IMG/VR virus record: IMGVR_UViG_3300016471_000863
Strand: one strand, 5' to 3'
DNA: 64,000 nucleotides
Source: a virus
The notes under the pieces were generated by a model. It saw only the letters and a program-made list of their open reading frames with translations. It was not told where the DNA came from and ran no database searches. Shown here piece by piece: positions 31,698 through 41,221 of this stretch. Positions within the stretch are counted from its first letter, which is position 1. Each line of letters begins with the position of its first letter. A program made the translations under genes and the position numbers.

Positions 31698-32888
31698 TCA
31701 AATAACAGATTCTAATACTTTAGTATATTTTTCATTAATCGAAGCAGGAGAATGAGAAGTTTTTAGTTTTTCCGCCAGTTCGGTAGCCCATTGTTCTGGA
31801 ATCTTTGGGCTTTCATAAAATTTCAAAACTTTTCTCTTGAAATCTTCTTCTGAAGGATTTGCCCATTTAAATCCTGGTAAGTAAATTTGATTATCTACTC
31901 TGGATTCATGGACTGGTGCCAAGTTATAATCTATTTTTATAAATTTACCTTGTGAAAGAAACTCTGTGTGTGCAGACCAATTTGTTGCGATAACTGGTTT
32001 ACCGCAAACAGCAGCCTCTAGTAATGGCAATCCAAATCCTTCACCACGAGTTAGAGATACCAAAGCTTTTATTTTTGGATGCTTGTATAATCCAACAATC
32101 TCTGCGCTCGTCATTTCTCCGTGTAGTAAATAAAATTTTGGACCTACACCCTTACGAGTTTCTGATATTAATTTTGTTAATACTGAAACGCAATTAATTT
32201 CATCTAAAACTGTTTGCCTAGCCATATTTGTTTTTACAATGACTCCAACATTTGGATTATCAGCAAAAGCTTCATTAAACCATTTTATGGTATAAGGAAT
32301 GTTCTTTCTGTCATTCTCTGGATTATTTCCCGTAAATTGAGAAAAAATTAAGAAATTAAAATCTGTTTCTAATTCAAGATCTGAAAGCGGAAGGAGCGTA
32401 TTGTCCAAACATTCGGCAATAAAAGATTCTGGTACTACCTCTACCTTTGTAGTTACCTCTCCTGTGTTGGTTAAAACGCTTTTAACAAATTCAGAAGGCA
32501 CAATAACTAAATCCATTCGATTAACTGCCGAAAGCCAGGCTGGGTTGCATTTATCTGCCTCTACAGCAGCAGTTAATCCAATGTTATATTCTGCTAGGAA
32601 TGGATTCCATTCATTTGGTAACTGAAGCTGTAAACTTACGTCATAATGTGGTAGCTGTTTTGTGCTTTGCACAACTCTGCCAACTAAACCATCCTCTGCT
32701 TCTGGATCTATTAACCATGGGGTTGCGCCCCAAGGTAACGGTTCGCAAACGACTTCTAAATCATTTCTAGAGTCTTGCAATTGAAAAAGCCAACGTGCTA
32801 TTTGTCTAGCATGAACACCATAGCCACTCTGCGATAATAGCGGTGCTCTTAATATTACAACCTTTTTCTTATTCTCACTCATGTTCAC
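31698..32888 (-). CDS. Glycosyltransferase, GT-B/GT4-like
   Basis: SGYGVHAR; RKN; GEGFGLPLLEAAVCGKPVIAT. Confidence 0.9.
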   Translation of the reverse strand: MNMSENKKKVVILRAPLLSQSGYGVHARQIARWLFQLQDSRNDLEVVCEPLPWGATPWLIDPEAEDGLVGRVVQSTKQLPHYDVSLQLQLPNEWNPFLAEYNIGLTAAVEADKCNPAWLSAVNRMDLVIVPSEFVKSVLTNTGEVTTKVEVVPESFIAECLDNTLLPLSDLELETDFNFLIFSQFTGNNPENDRKNIPYTIKWFNEAFADNPNVGVIVKTNMARQTVLDEINCVSVLTKLISETRKGVGPKFYLLHGEMTSAEIVGLYKHPKIKALVSLTRGEGFGLPLLEAAVCGKPVIATNWSAHTEFLSQGKFIKIDYNLAPVHESRVDNQIYLPGFKWANPSEEDFKRKVLKFYESPKIPEQWATELAEKLKTSHSPASINEKYTKVLESVI

Positions 32889-34339
32889 TTGGCTTTCCTT
32901 TCAATTTTTTTTGCCGTAAATCCTGCTCTTATATTTTTATCTAAATCTATTAGATTTTGATCTATCGTTACTGATTTTGATGAATTTTGTACGGGTTTAT
33001 TCTGTGCCGAAGGCAATATTGGAATTAGCTTTTTAAGCTTCCATTTTTTATTTGATTTATTTTTAAATTTTTCTATTGTTTTTTCTAACGTATCATCCCA
33101 CTGTTTTACAATGGTTTCAAAATTAAATTCACTATCAACATAAGCAATATTCTTTTCTGCCAATTGCTTTTTCTCTTCTGGAGAAAGATCATGAATTTTT
33201 CGAAATGCACTAGCTAGTTCTTGAGTTCCGAAATAATCTTCATAGATATATGGAACTAGTTGCGAGCCAACTAAGCTTCTTTTTACTGCTTCTAAACCAA
33301 CGCCATGTTCCGTGCCATCTCTATGGTCTACTACTTGTCTAGTCATGCCACCGGTTTTTAATGCTATGATTGGTTTGCCGCACATCATTGATATCATAGT
33401 CGATAAACCAAATCCTTCATTTTTAGAAACGTTTACACAGCAATCAGTTATATTGTGTAATATATTCATTTCATTAAATTGAAGCCTTTGATTTGAAAAC
33501 CAAACATTGTTTTGTAATCCAAGTTGCTCAGACACCGCCAATAAATTTGGTCCTTCTGGATCGTTTGGATCTGTGTGCATGATTAACACAGCTTTCTTGT
33601 GTCCCTTTTCCTGTTCTAGACGATTTAAGAAAACTTTCCAAGAATCAAGCAAATCAGCAGGCATTTTACGAGTAGCATTACGATTTACCCACAGAACCTT
33701 AAACCAATCTGCCTTGTCTCCAAAATGCTGTTTTGATAGTTGTTGTTTTTGTTCCTCTGGCAAAGGAAAATAAACATTCTTTGGAAATGCATGTGGAATG
33801 TAGTGTGTTTTATCCGGAAAATTTGGCTTTACTAATTCGTATGTTTTATACGATAAACAATTTATAAGATCAGTGCTTTCATACCATGGAAAATTAAATT
33901 TTGGATATGGATCATTATCCCAAACATGCCAGTAAGTAATTGGACAAATTTGTTTTATTTCATCTGCCATTTCCCAAACCCAAATAAATTGTCTTGGATC
34001 TGTGAAAAGTAAAAGCGCATCTGGTTTTTCAGCATATAATATGCTTTTTAACATATCTTTATTGCCAAAACCATCTACAGGTTTAATAACAAAATCTGGG
34101 TTTACGGCAATTGTATCGTAATTGGCGTGCTTAATTGCTCCGCCAAGGCAGCGGAATGAATACTTGCCAGTTTTTATTAAACCCTCTATTAAGAATCTTG
34201 CTTGAACACCTACTCCAGAAGGAGCCAATGGATGATCTGATAGAACTACTATTTTTTTCTTTTTTACCGGTTTTATGAAAAAGTCTTCATCATCCAATAA
34301 TGATGAATCATTCGTAAGCAAACTCTCTTGTTCAGACAT
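32885..34339 (-). CDS. Glycosyltransferase, GT-B/GT4-like
   Basis: SDHP...SGVG; NRNATRK; NEGFGLSTMISMMCGKPIIA (second Glu of EX7E replaced by Ile). Confidence 0.88.
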   Translation of the reverse strand: MSEQESLLTNDSSLLDDEDFFIKPVKKKKIVVLSDHPLAPSGVGVQARFLIEGLIKTGKYSFRCLGGAIKHANYDTIAVNPDFVIKPVDGFGNKDMLKSILYAEKPDALLLFTDPRQFIWVWEMADEIKQICPITYWHVWDNDPYPKFNFPWYESTDLINCLSYKTYELVKPNFPDKTHYIPHAFPKNVYFPLPEEQKQQLSKQHFGDKADWFKVLWVNRNATRKMPADLLDSWKVFLNRLEQEKGHKKAVLIMHTDPNDPEGPNLLAVSEQLGLQNNVWFSNQRLQFNEMNILHNITDCCVNVSKNEGFGLSTMISMMCGKPIIALKTGGMTRQVVDHRDGTEHGVGLEAVKRSLVGSQLVPYIYEDYFGTQELASAFRKIHDLSPEEKKQLAEKNIAYVDSEFNFETIVKQWDDTLEKTIEKFKNKSNKKWKLKKLIPILPSAQNKPVQNSSKSVTIDQNLIDLDKNIRAGFTAKKIERKAK

Positions 34340-34415
34340 TTTTTCTAACTCCTAAGTGTTATTCAAAATATAACTTCTTGGTAGAAAAATGTTCAAAGAA
34401 ACACTAATTAGTTTT

Positions 34416-36623
34416 TTACTTTTTAGAGCCTTGCTGTTTCGCTAGATCGGCTTCATACATTAGAATTGCTAATTCTTTAAATGTAGTCTTTGGCTCCCAT
34501 CCCAAAATTCTTTTTGCTTTTGAAGCATCTCCTAACAATAGAGGAACTTCATGTGGACGAAATAATCTCCGATCAATCTTTACATGCTTCTCAATATCTA
34601 ATCCAGCGTGATTAAAAACTACTTCAAGAAATTCTCGTACTGTATGAGTTTCGCCAGTAGCAATAACATAATCATCGCCCTTTGGCTGTTGAAGCATTAG
34701 CCACATTGCTTCAATAAAATCTTTTCCATATCCCCAGTCACGTTTTGCTTCAAGATTGCCAAGATATAACGATTCCTGTTTTCCTAATTTTATATTAGCA
34801 GCAGCAATAGTAATTTTACGTGTTACAAAAGTTTCACCTCTTACTGGTGAATTGTGAACATGTGACAATCCCACTCCACAATGAAATGTACCAGATTCGG
34901 TTTCCAAATCATAAAACCAACCATCATATTCGTTTAATGAAATTATTTTCTTAACTTCATTTGATTTGATTTTTTTATGATGTATACCTTGTGGTATATA
35001 TCCACGGCTAATTTTCTGAATAAACTTTCTAGAAGCAACTCCATCTCTTGCAATCTTTCTTATGGGATTTCCAGACTCTATTTGTTTCTTAACTTCTAGA
35101 TATTTTGAATATGATCTTGATAAGCTTGACTTGCCATCAGAAAGACAATTTATATGATAATATATTTTGCTTCTCCCGTTCCTTTTTTCCGCTGTTACAT
35201 TAAAATCTTGCCCAGTAACAGATTTTAAAAGATATATCAAGCCAAGACCTAAAGTTGGAGAATTGGTTGTAAAACTCTTATATGAGTAAGTACATGAATT
35301 TTTCTTTAATCCATCTCCTTCGTTATATCCGTCAAGAAATGCCTTCTGCACTTCAGTATTAGAATTCAATATCCATTTAGGTATTTTTTTACTGCCATTT
35401 TCCGTATAAAGATCATGTGCATATGCATTTATCCAAGACCTGGCTCCATTTAAATTTAATTGCCAAATATTTTTAATACCAGTAAATCCAGATTTGGATA
35501 AATACCAAGAAGTTTTAGATTCTGTTGATATAGTCATCCAGATTTGTTCGTATTTTTCTAATATGTCTTTTTCTTTTCCAGTTAATCTAATTGCCGTTGG
35601 TTTACTTATATTACCTTCAGCAACAATAAATCCTAAAAGCTTTGCATTTATAATTTGTATATCGTTGCCTTCAGAAGAAATAGATTTAGGAATCACGTTA
35701 ACAACAGAAACCAAATCACCTTTTTCAATTTTGTCAAAATCTTTCGATTCACCATCCATCATTATATGAGGATGATTTCCGGTTGCAGAAACACAACCAT
35801 GAGCAACGTTTATTAAAGTTGTATTTTTATTTTCAATATCTGGTAAATGAGGATATCCAGATGCCCATGTTACTTTGGTCCAACCTTTTTGGTCCCAAAC
35901 TTGCAGATCAGTGTCAACGTGAGTTTGCTGATAAAATTTTTCACTTTCATTTATAGCTTGTTTTAAATCTTTTCTACTGTGATAACGAACTATTTCTGAT
36001 ATGGGCTTAATATCTATTTCTTCTTTTGAGCCTAATTTAAATATTAAAGGCATATCTCCGGTTATCGTTTCATGGTTGAATAAAATTCCGCAAGATATAT
36101 GAAGCCCGTAACCTTCACGATAATTACGGCAAAGGTTATGAGCATATAACTTGGCACAAGCATATGGAGAAGCTGGTGTCATGCGTGTCTCTTCATTCTG
36201 TGGAACACTAACGTTATCTCCATACATCTCCGAAGATGATGCTTGATAGAAACGTGCCTCCGGACAGATTAGCCTATAAGCTTCCAGAAGCTTCAAGGTG
36301 CCTCCACCTACTACGTCCAGGGTTTCCTCCGGAACTTCAAATGAAACCCTTACATGGCTCTGTGCAGCGAGGTTATATATCTCGTCGGGCTTATACTTGG
36401 TAAGAAGAGAATAGATAGAACTTGAATCGGTCATATTGCCATATTCAAGTTTAAAGTTTGGGTGACTAAATATCTCCATGTCATCAAGACGATCTGTTGT
36501 TATAAGAGAAGTACGTCGCTTCATACCTATAACACGATAACCTTTATCAAGAAGTAGCTTTGCTAAATAAGAACCATCCTGACCTGTTACGCCAGTTATA
36601 AATGCAGTCTTTTGTGTTGACAT
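34416..36623 (-). CDS. gmd: GDP-mannose 4,6-dehydratase, intein-containing
   Basis: ITGVTGQDGSYLA; NLAAQSHVRVSF; FYQASSSEMYG; SPYACAK; ILFNHE|SPVRGETFVTRKI; LGNLEAKRDWG. Exteins total 329 aa. Confidence 0.96.
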   Translation of the reverse strand: MSTQKTAFITGVTGQDGSYLAKLLLDKGYRVIGMKRRTSLITTDRLDDMEIFSHPNFKLEYGNMTDSSSIYSLLTKYKPDEIYNLAAQSHVRVSFEVPEETLDVVGGGTLKLLEAYRLICPEARFYQASSSEMYGDNVSVPQNEETRMTPASPYACAKLYAHNLCRNYREGYGLHISCGILFNHETITGDMPLIFKLGSKEEIDIKPISEIVRYHSRKDLKQAINESEKFYQQTHVDTDLQVWDQKGWTKVTWASGYPHLPDIENKNTTLINVAHGCVSATGNHPHIMMDGESKDFDKIEKGDLVSVVNVIPKSISSEGNDIQIINAKLLGFIVAEGNISKPTAIRLTGKEKDILEKYEQIWMTISTESKTSWYLSKSGFTGIKNIWQLNLNGARSWINAYAHDLYTENGSKKIPKWILNSNTEVQKAFLDGYNEGDGLKKNSCTYSYKSFTTNSPTLGLGLIYLLKSVTGQDFNVTAEKRNGRSKIYYHINCLSDGKSSLSRSYSKYLEVKKQIESGNPIRKIARDGVASRKFIQKISRGYIPQGIHHKKIKSNEVKKIISLNEYDGWFYDLETESGTFHCGVGLSHVHNSPVRGETFVTRKITIAAANIKLGKQESLYLGNLEAKRDWGYGKDFIEAMWLMLQQPKGDDYVIATGETHTVREFLEVVFNHAGLDIEKHVKIDRRLFRPHEVPLLLGDASKAKRILGWEPKTTFKELAILMYEADLAKQQGSKK
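34851..36068 (-). mobile_element. Intein (406 aa) with LAGLIDADG homing endonuclease
   Basis: Interrupts the conserved NHE/SP motif; block A TITGDMPL; block B ATGNH; LLGFIVAEG and FLDGYNEGDG; block F/G FYDLETESGTFHCGVGLSHVHN; Ser+1. Confidence 0.95.
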
Positions 36624-37570
36624 TATATTCCTCTTATATTCGGATATGCTATCTTAAACCAATCACAGGTCTTCTTTAAAGCAATATCAAATGGAGTATA
36701 GTCTTCTACACACCAGCTTGTCTTTTCTAATAATCTTTTATTTGACGAAGGTTTTCTGAATTGTCCTGATGGTTTATCTGTATTAAAAACTAATTTGCCA
36801 TCGTATTCAAGATATTCAACAAGCCGCTTTGCTACAGAAGCTATCGAGTGTTCTTCTGTGTTCCCGATATTGAGCGGGTGTTCTTCATTGTATTCTTCTG
36901 AGACTTTAATGAGTATACGGGCAATATCTCCAGCATAAGTAAACTCTCTTAGGGGGCGACCGTCTCCCCATATTTCTACAGTAGGTTTGTTGTTGAGTTT
37001 GGCTTCCCATATTTTTCTCATAAGAGCTGGGATAACATGACCATCTTCCAAATGGAAATTATCATGCTCGCCAAATAGATTATTTGGAATGACGGTAACA
37101 TAGTTGACTCCATACTGCTTACGATAAGCCCTCGTCTGCACATCTAGCATCCTTTTAGCATAAGCATAGCCAAAGTTGCTATCATGTGGTGGTCCAAGGT
37201 GTAACTGATCTTCTGTGAGCGGATAGGAGACGTATGGAGCATCTGGATAGACACAGGTTGATAATACGGAAACTACTTTTGGCACATTGAAAAACAAACA
37301 TGAACTTAAGACGTTTGTATTGATAGCAATATTTTGATCATAAAAGCTGCCAACAAATTCTGTGTTTGCTTTTACGCCGCCGACACGAGCAGCCAAATGA
37401 TATACGCAATCAATCTTGCTGTTTGCAATGTAGCTATCTACATTTTCTTTATTGGTCAGATTTAATATATCTGAACCAGGGCTTAGTATTAGTTTTGATT
37501 GGTCTGTCAATTCTTTGATTAATGCAAAACCCAACATTCCTCTTCCGCCGCTAATAAATATATTTTTCAT
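36623..37570 (-). CDS. fcl: GDP-L-fucose synthase (GDP-4-keto-6-deoxymannose epimerase/reductase)
   Basis: GGRGMLG; LAARVGGV.AN; STCVYP; YAYAK; PNNLFGEHDNF; HVIPAL; WGDGRPLREF. Confidence 0.93.
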   Translation of the reverse strand: MKNIFISGGRGMLGFALIKELTDQSKLILSPGSDILNLTNKENVDSYIANSKIDCVYHLAARVGGVKANTEFVGSFYDQNIAINTNVLSSCLFFNVPKVVSVLSTCVYPDAPYVSYPLTEDQLHLGPPHDSNFGYAYAKRMLDVQTRAYRKQYGVNYVTVIPNNLFGEHDNFHLEDGHVIPALMRKIWEAKLNNKPTVEIWGDGRPLREFTYAGDIARILIKVSEEYNEEHPLNIGNTEEHSIASVAKRLVEYLEYDGKLVFNTDKPSGQFRKPSSNKRLLEKTSWCVEDYTPFDIALKKTCDWFKIAYPNIRGI

Positions 37571-38559
37571 TGTTTGCTTGAAAGTTGAGCACTAATCCAA
37601 AGATATGTTTTTTCCAATCCATATGCTAACGGTTGAGATACCTTCCAACCAATTTTTTCTTCATATAGTCTATTATCTGAATTTCTTCCTCTAACTCCTA
37701 TTGGTCCTGGAATATGTTTTATTTTTATTTCTTTTTTTGCAATATTAGAAATAATCTCAACAAATTGATTAATGCTTACCATTTCTTCGGAACCAATATT
37801 AACTGGTCCAATAAAATCCGAAGCCATTAAACGCAATACAGCTTCAACACATTCATCAATGTATAAAAAGCTTCTTGTTTGTTCGCCATCGCCCCAAACT
37901 TCTATAGTGCCACCATTTTCAGAGGCAGCAACTTTTCTACAAAGAGCTGCTGGAGCTTTTTCTTTTCCATTATTCCATGAACCATATGGTCCAAAGATAT
38001 TATGGAATCTCGCTATTCTTACATCAAGACCATAATTTCTATTATAAGCAAGATATAGGCGTTCACTAAATAATTTTTCCCAGCCATATTCGCTATCTGG
38101 TGCGGCCGGATATGCACTATCTTCTGAGCATTTAGGATTTTCTGGGTCTTCCTGATTGTAGGCTGGGTACATACAGGCAGACGATGAGTAGAAAATTTTT
38201 GGACGCTTTTTAAATTTTACTGCCGTATCAGCCACATTAAGATTTATTGTAGCAGAATTATGCATTACATCGGCGTCATGTTCGCCGGAAAATATATAAC
38301 CAGCGCCGCCCATATCTGCTGCCAATTGATATACTTCATCAAATCCTTCTGTAAATTTTTCACCAACAGACATTGATCGATAAACTTCTTCAGGATTTCT
38401 TAAATCAGCAATGAAAAATTCATCAGCGATAGAACGAATGTTTGTATATTCATGTTCTTTTATATCAACGCCACGAACCCAATATCCAAGTTCCTTAAGA
38501 CGTTTTACCAAATGACCACCAATAAATCCACCTGCTCCACACACCAATGCTTTTTTCAT
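37567..38559 (-). CDS. GDP-mannose 3,5-epimerase (GME)-like SDR
   Basis: GAGGFIG; LAADMGGAGYI; SSACMYP; YGWEK; RFHNIFGP.G.W..GKEKAPAALCRK; WGDGEQTRSF. Confidence 0.88.
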   Translation of the reverse strand: MKKALVCGAGGFIGGHLVKRLKELGYWVRGVDIKEHEYTNIRSIADEFFIADLRNPEEVYRSMSVGEKFTEGFDEVYQLAADMGGAGYIFSGEHDADVMHNSATINLNVADTAVKFKKRPKIFYSSSACMYPAYNQEDPENPKCSEDSAYPAAPDSEYGWEKLFSERLYLAYNRNYGLDVRIARFHNIFGPYGSWNNGKEKAPAALCRKVAASENGGTIEVWGDGEQTRSFLYIDECVEAVLRLMASDFIGPVNIGSEEMVSINQFVEIISNIAKKEIKIKHIPGPIGVRGRNSDNRLYEEKIGWKVSQPLAYGLEKTYLWISAQLSSKQ

Positions 38560-39389
38560 TTTTGCTTCTCCATAAAATCTATAATTTTCTTAATTCCTTC
38601 TTTTAAATTAATTTCTGGTTTCCAAAATTTCAACACATATTCATCTGGCTCATTTCTCTTGTCTTTTTGAACCGTATCTTTTGATTCTGCCGGAGTTATT
38701 TTTACTCCGCCAAAATTTTCCGAAATAGCTTCTGCTACATCTAGTATTGTATTCCATTTAAAATTTGTTATATGGTATTCTTTTTTTCTTTCCAAAGAAT
38801 CATATAATTTACTTAAAATAAGTAAAGCATTTGCACAATCATCTGCGTGTAAAAACTGTCTTACTTCTGTCCCATCAGTAAGCATTTTTATTTCTTTTTC
38901 ATTTTTCGCTTTTAAAATAAAATCAGTTATGACATGTGATTTTTCCAAATTTTTTTCTGGTCCGTATACATTCCAAAATTTTACAGTAATTCCATTTAAT
39001 GAATCGGTATATCTTTCTCCAATTGCTTTTGCTACACCATATGGTGAATATGACATATTGGACATTTGACTTGATGCGAAAATAAATGGTTTTTTATATC
39101 GATCTAATAATTCAAAAGTATTTGACATTAACTTTACATTATTATGAAGAAATTCAAAAGTATGCTGATACTTTGATAGATATCTTGAACCTCCAACATC
39201 AAATGCCAAGAAAAACACAAAATCTGCATCTCGAATATACGTTTCTAGCAAAATATTTTTATCAATTCTTAAATCTTTTAAAGAATCATCTTCTATATCA
39301 AATTCTAAAACTTGATAATTTCTTTCTTTTAAGAAATTAACTAATGGATAACCTATTTGACCAGCAGATCCAAGAACCAAGTATTTCAT
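38556..39389 (-). CDS. NAD-dependent nucleotide-sugar epimerase/dehydratase (extended SDR)
   Basis: GSAGQIG; ASS; YGVAK; NVYGP; DGTEVRQF. Confidence 0.85.
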   Translation of the reverse strand: MKYLVLGSAGQIGYPLVNFLKERNYQVLEFDIEDDSLKDLRIDKNILLETYIRDADFVFFLAFDVGGSRYLSKYQHTFEFLHNNVKLMSNTFELLDRYKKPFIFASSQMSNMSYSPYGVAKAIGERYTDSLNGITVKFWNVYGPEKNLEKSHVITDFILKAKNEKEIKMLTDGTEVRQFLHADDCANALLILSKLYDSLERKKEYHITNFKWNTILDVAEAISENFGGVKITPAESKDTVQKDKRNEPDEYVLKFWKPEINLKEGIKKIIDFMEKQK

Positions 39390-39412
39390 TTTTTCCTCTT
39401 GATTATTTAATT

Positions 39413-40573
39413 TTAATCATTCAACCATTCTTGCAACCATTTTTCATTTGATTCTATCGTTAGATTATCATTTACAACTTTTTCATAAATTTGAATTATT
39501 TGATTTATGATTTTATCAAATGAATATTTTTCTTGAAATCTTCTTTTTGCGTTTTTCGAAAGGAGATTTCTGAGTTCTGAATTATTTTTATAATTCTTTA
39601 ACTCTTCAGTGTATTTTTCATATGTTTCGTGAACGATACCCGCATCTCCAATTGTTTCAATATGACCATTGGCATTTAAACCATTATGACTAATAATGGG
39701 CAATCCAAAATATAAAGCTTCTGCTATTGATTGCGAATTTATTTCACCGTCTTTTCTGCCATGCAGATATACATCCAATGTATTTAAAAATTTATATACA
39801 ATATTCATGTCACCAGAAAACGGAATATGAATAAAATTATTCAATTTTAATTCTTTTGCTTGTTGAATATGTTTTTCACTGCCACCAAGTAATACAAAGA
39901 TGTTGTTGTCATCAGGTAACTCAGAAAAAGCTTTTAATGGCCACGATGAAAATATGTTTTCATCATTTCTTTGATGTAATCCAACTATAAATTTATTTTC
40001 AATACCAAATTCTTTTTTAAAAGATTCTTTTGATATTATATTTGGAATTTTTATTGGCAAATAAATAACTTCTGCTTTTGATGGATTTCCGCCATTTTTA
40101 ATCCAAATATTTTTATTCCATTCACTAACATGAATAACTTTTGCAATGTTCTGTTGATTGTCAACCATTCCTGGTAAATGAATGCTGTCTATTATTGGAG
40201 TATTTGTAATTTTAGTAAATGGATACTCTGAGTGTCCTGCCCGACCTGTCTGAATAAGATCATAATTTTTTTCATTAAATTTTTCCCAAAAATCGGTATC
40301 GATCCAATCGTGAGTCGGAACGGTTATATTTTTATATTTTACATTAAATTTAATTAAATTGACATTATTTTCTTGCATGTATTGTAATCTATTTGAATCG
40401 GTATCTGCATGTTTATAATCAGATCCAAGATACGGAGCGGCATCACAATAAAAATAATCTACAATAAATTTTTCTTTAGGAAGATTTGCTGCGATTTGCT
40501 GGAGGTACTTTTCGGTGCCTCCAGCGGCTAATCCACCAAACTTAATAAAAGCTATTTTTATTTTTCTATTCAT
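39413..40573 (-). CDS. Glycosyltransferase, GT4-like
   Basis: GGTEK; GEINSQSIAEALYFGLPII. Confidence 0.85.
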   Translation of the reverse strand: MNRKIKIAFIKFGGLAAGGTEKYLQQIAANLPKEKFIVDYFYCDAAPYLGSDYKHADTDSNRLQYMQENNVNLIKFNVKYKNITVPTHDWIDTDFWEKFNEKNYDLIQTGRAGHSEYPFTKITNTPIIDSIHLPGMVDNQQNIAKVIHVSEWNKNIWIKNGGNPSKAEVIYLPIKIPNIISKESFKKEFGIENKFIVGLHQRNDENIFSSWPLKAFSELPDDNNIFVLLGGSEKHIQQAKELKLNNFIHIPFSGDMNIVYKFLNTLDVYLHGRKDGEINSQSIAEALYFGLPIISHNGLNANGHIETIGDAGIVHETYEKYTEELKNYKNNSELRNLLSKNAKRRFQEKYSFDKIINQIIQIYEKVVNDNLTIESNEKWLQEWLND

Positions 40574-40576
40574 TAT

Positions 40577-41221
40577 TTACTTTCTAATTCCTATATAAAA
40601 TGAATTTATTGAATCTCTAACTTTGTTTCGGAAAGGATATGCTGTTACATTTCTTTTATCTAAAATTTTTTGTTTCCAATGTGATTCGGAAAAAACAGAC
40701 TGGTGTAAATGAATAACATTTCCTTTGCTGTCTATTCTATCATCTGGACCTAGATTTATACTAGCAATAAAAATACCATCTGGTTTTAATTTTGATATTA
40801 TATTTTCAAAAAAAACTTCTAAATGATCTGGATGAATATGTTCTACGACTTCCCATGCAGATATTAAATCAAATAAAATTTCATCTTCTTTTTCATCTAC
40901 TACTTTAAATGTTTTTGTTAAATCTGCTGTCCATAAAACATTTTGATAATGTGCAGGCCAATTAAATTGTTTATTTTTAATATTGTAATCGCTTCCTTCA
41001 ATTCCAAATGATAAATGACCCCTATTGTGAAAATCAACAGCCAATTGACCACCGGCACATCCAATGTCCATTATGTTTATTTTTTTGTTTTGAAAGTATG
41101 ATTCTACTTCTTCTATGTAGCCAGAATGCGTTGAATTATCATTTTTTGTTCCTACTGGAAATATATGGTCTGGCGACGTTATTGCAACTGGAAAATCTGT
41201 TATTACTTTATAATGTTTCAT
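40577..41221 (-). CDS. Class I SAM-dependent methyltransferase
   Basis: MDIGCAGG; FDLISAWEVVEHI; LKPDG. Confidence 0.88.
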   Translation of the reverse strand: MKHYKVITDFPVAITSPDHIFPVGTKNDNSTHSGYIEEVESYFQNKKINIMDIGCAGGQLAVDFHNRGHLSFGIEGSDYNIKNKQFNWPAHYQNVLWTADLTKTFKVVDEKEDEILFDLISAWEVVEHIHPDHLEVFFENIISKLKPDGIFIASINLGPDDRIDSKGNVIHLHQSVFSESHWKQKILDKRNVTAYPFRNKVRDSINSFYIGIRK

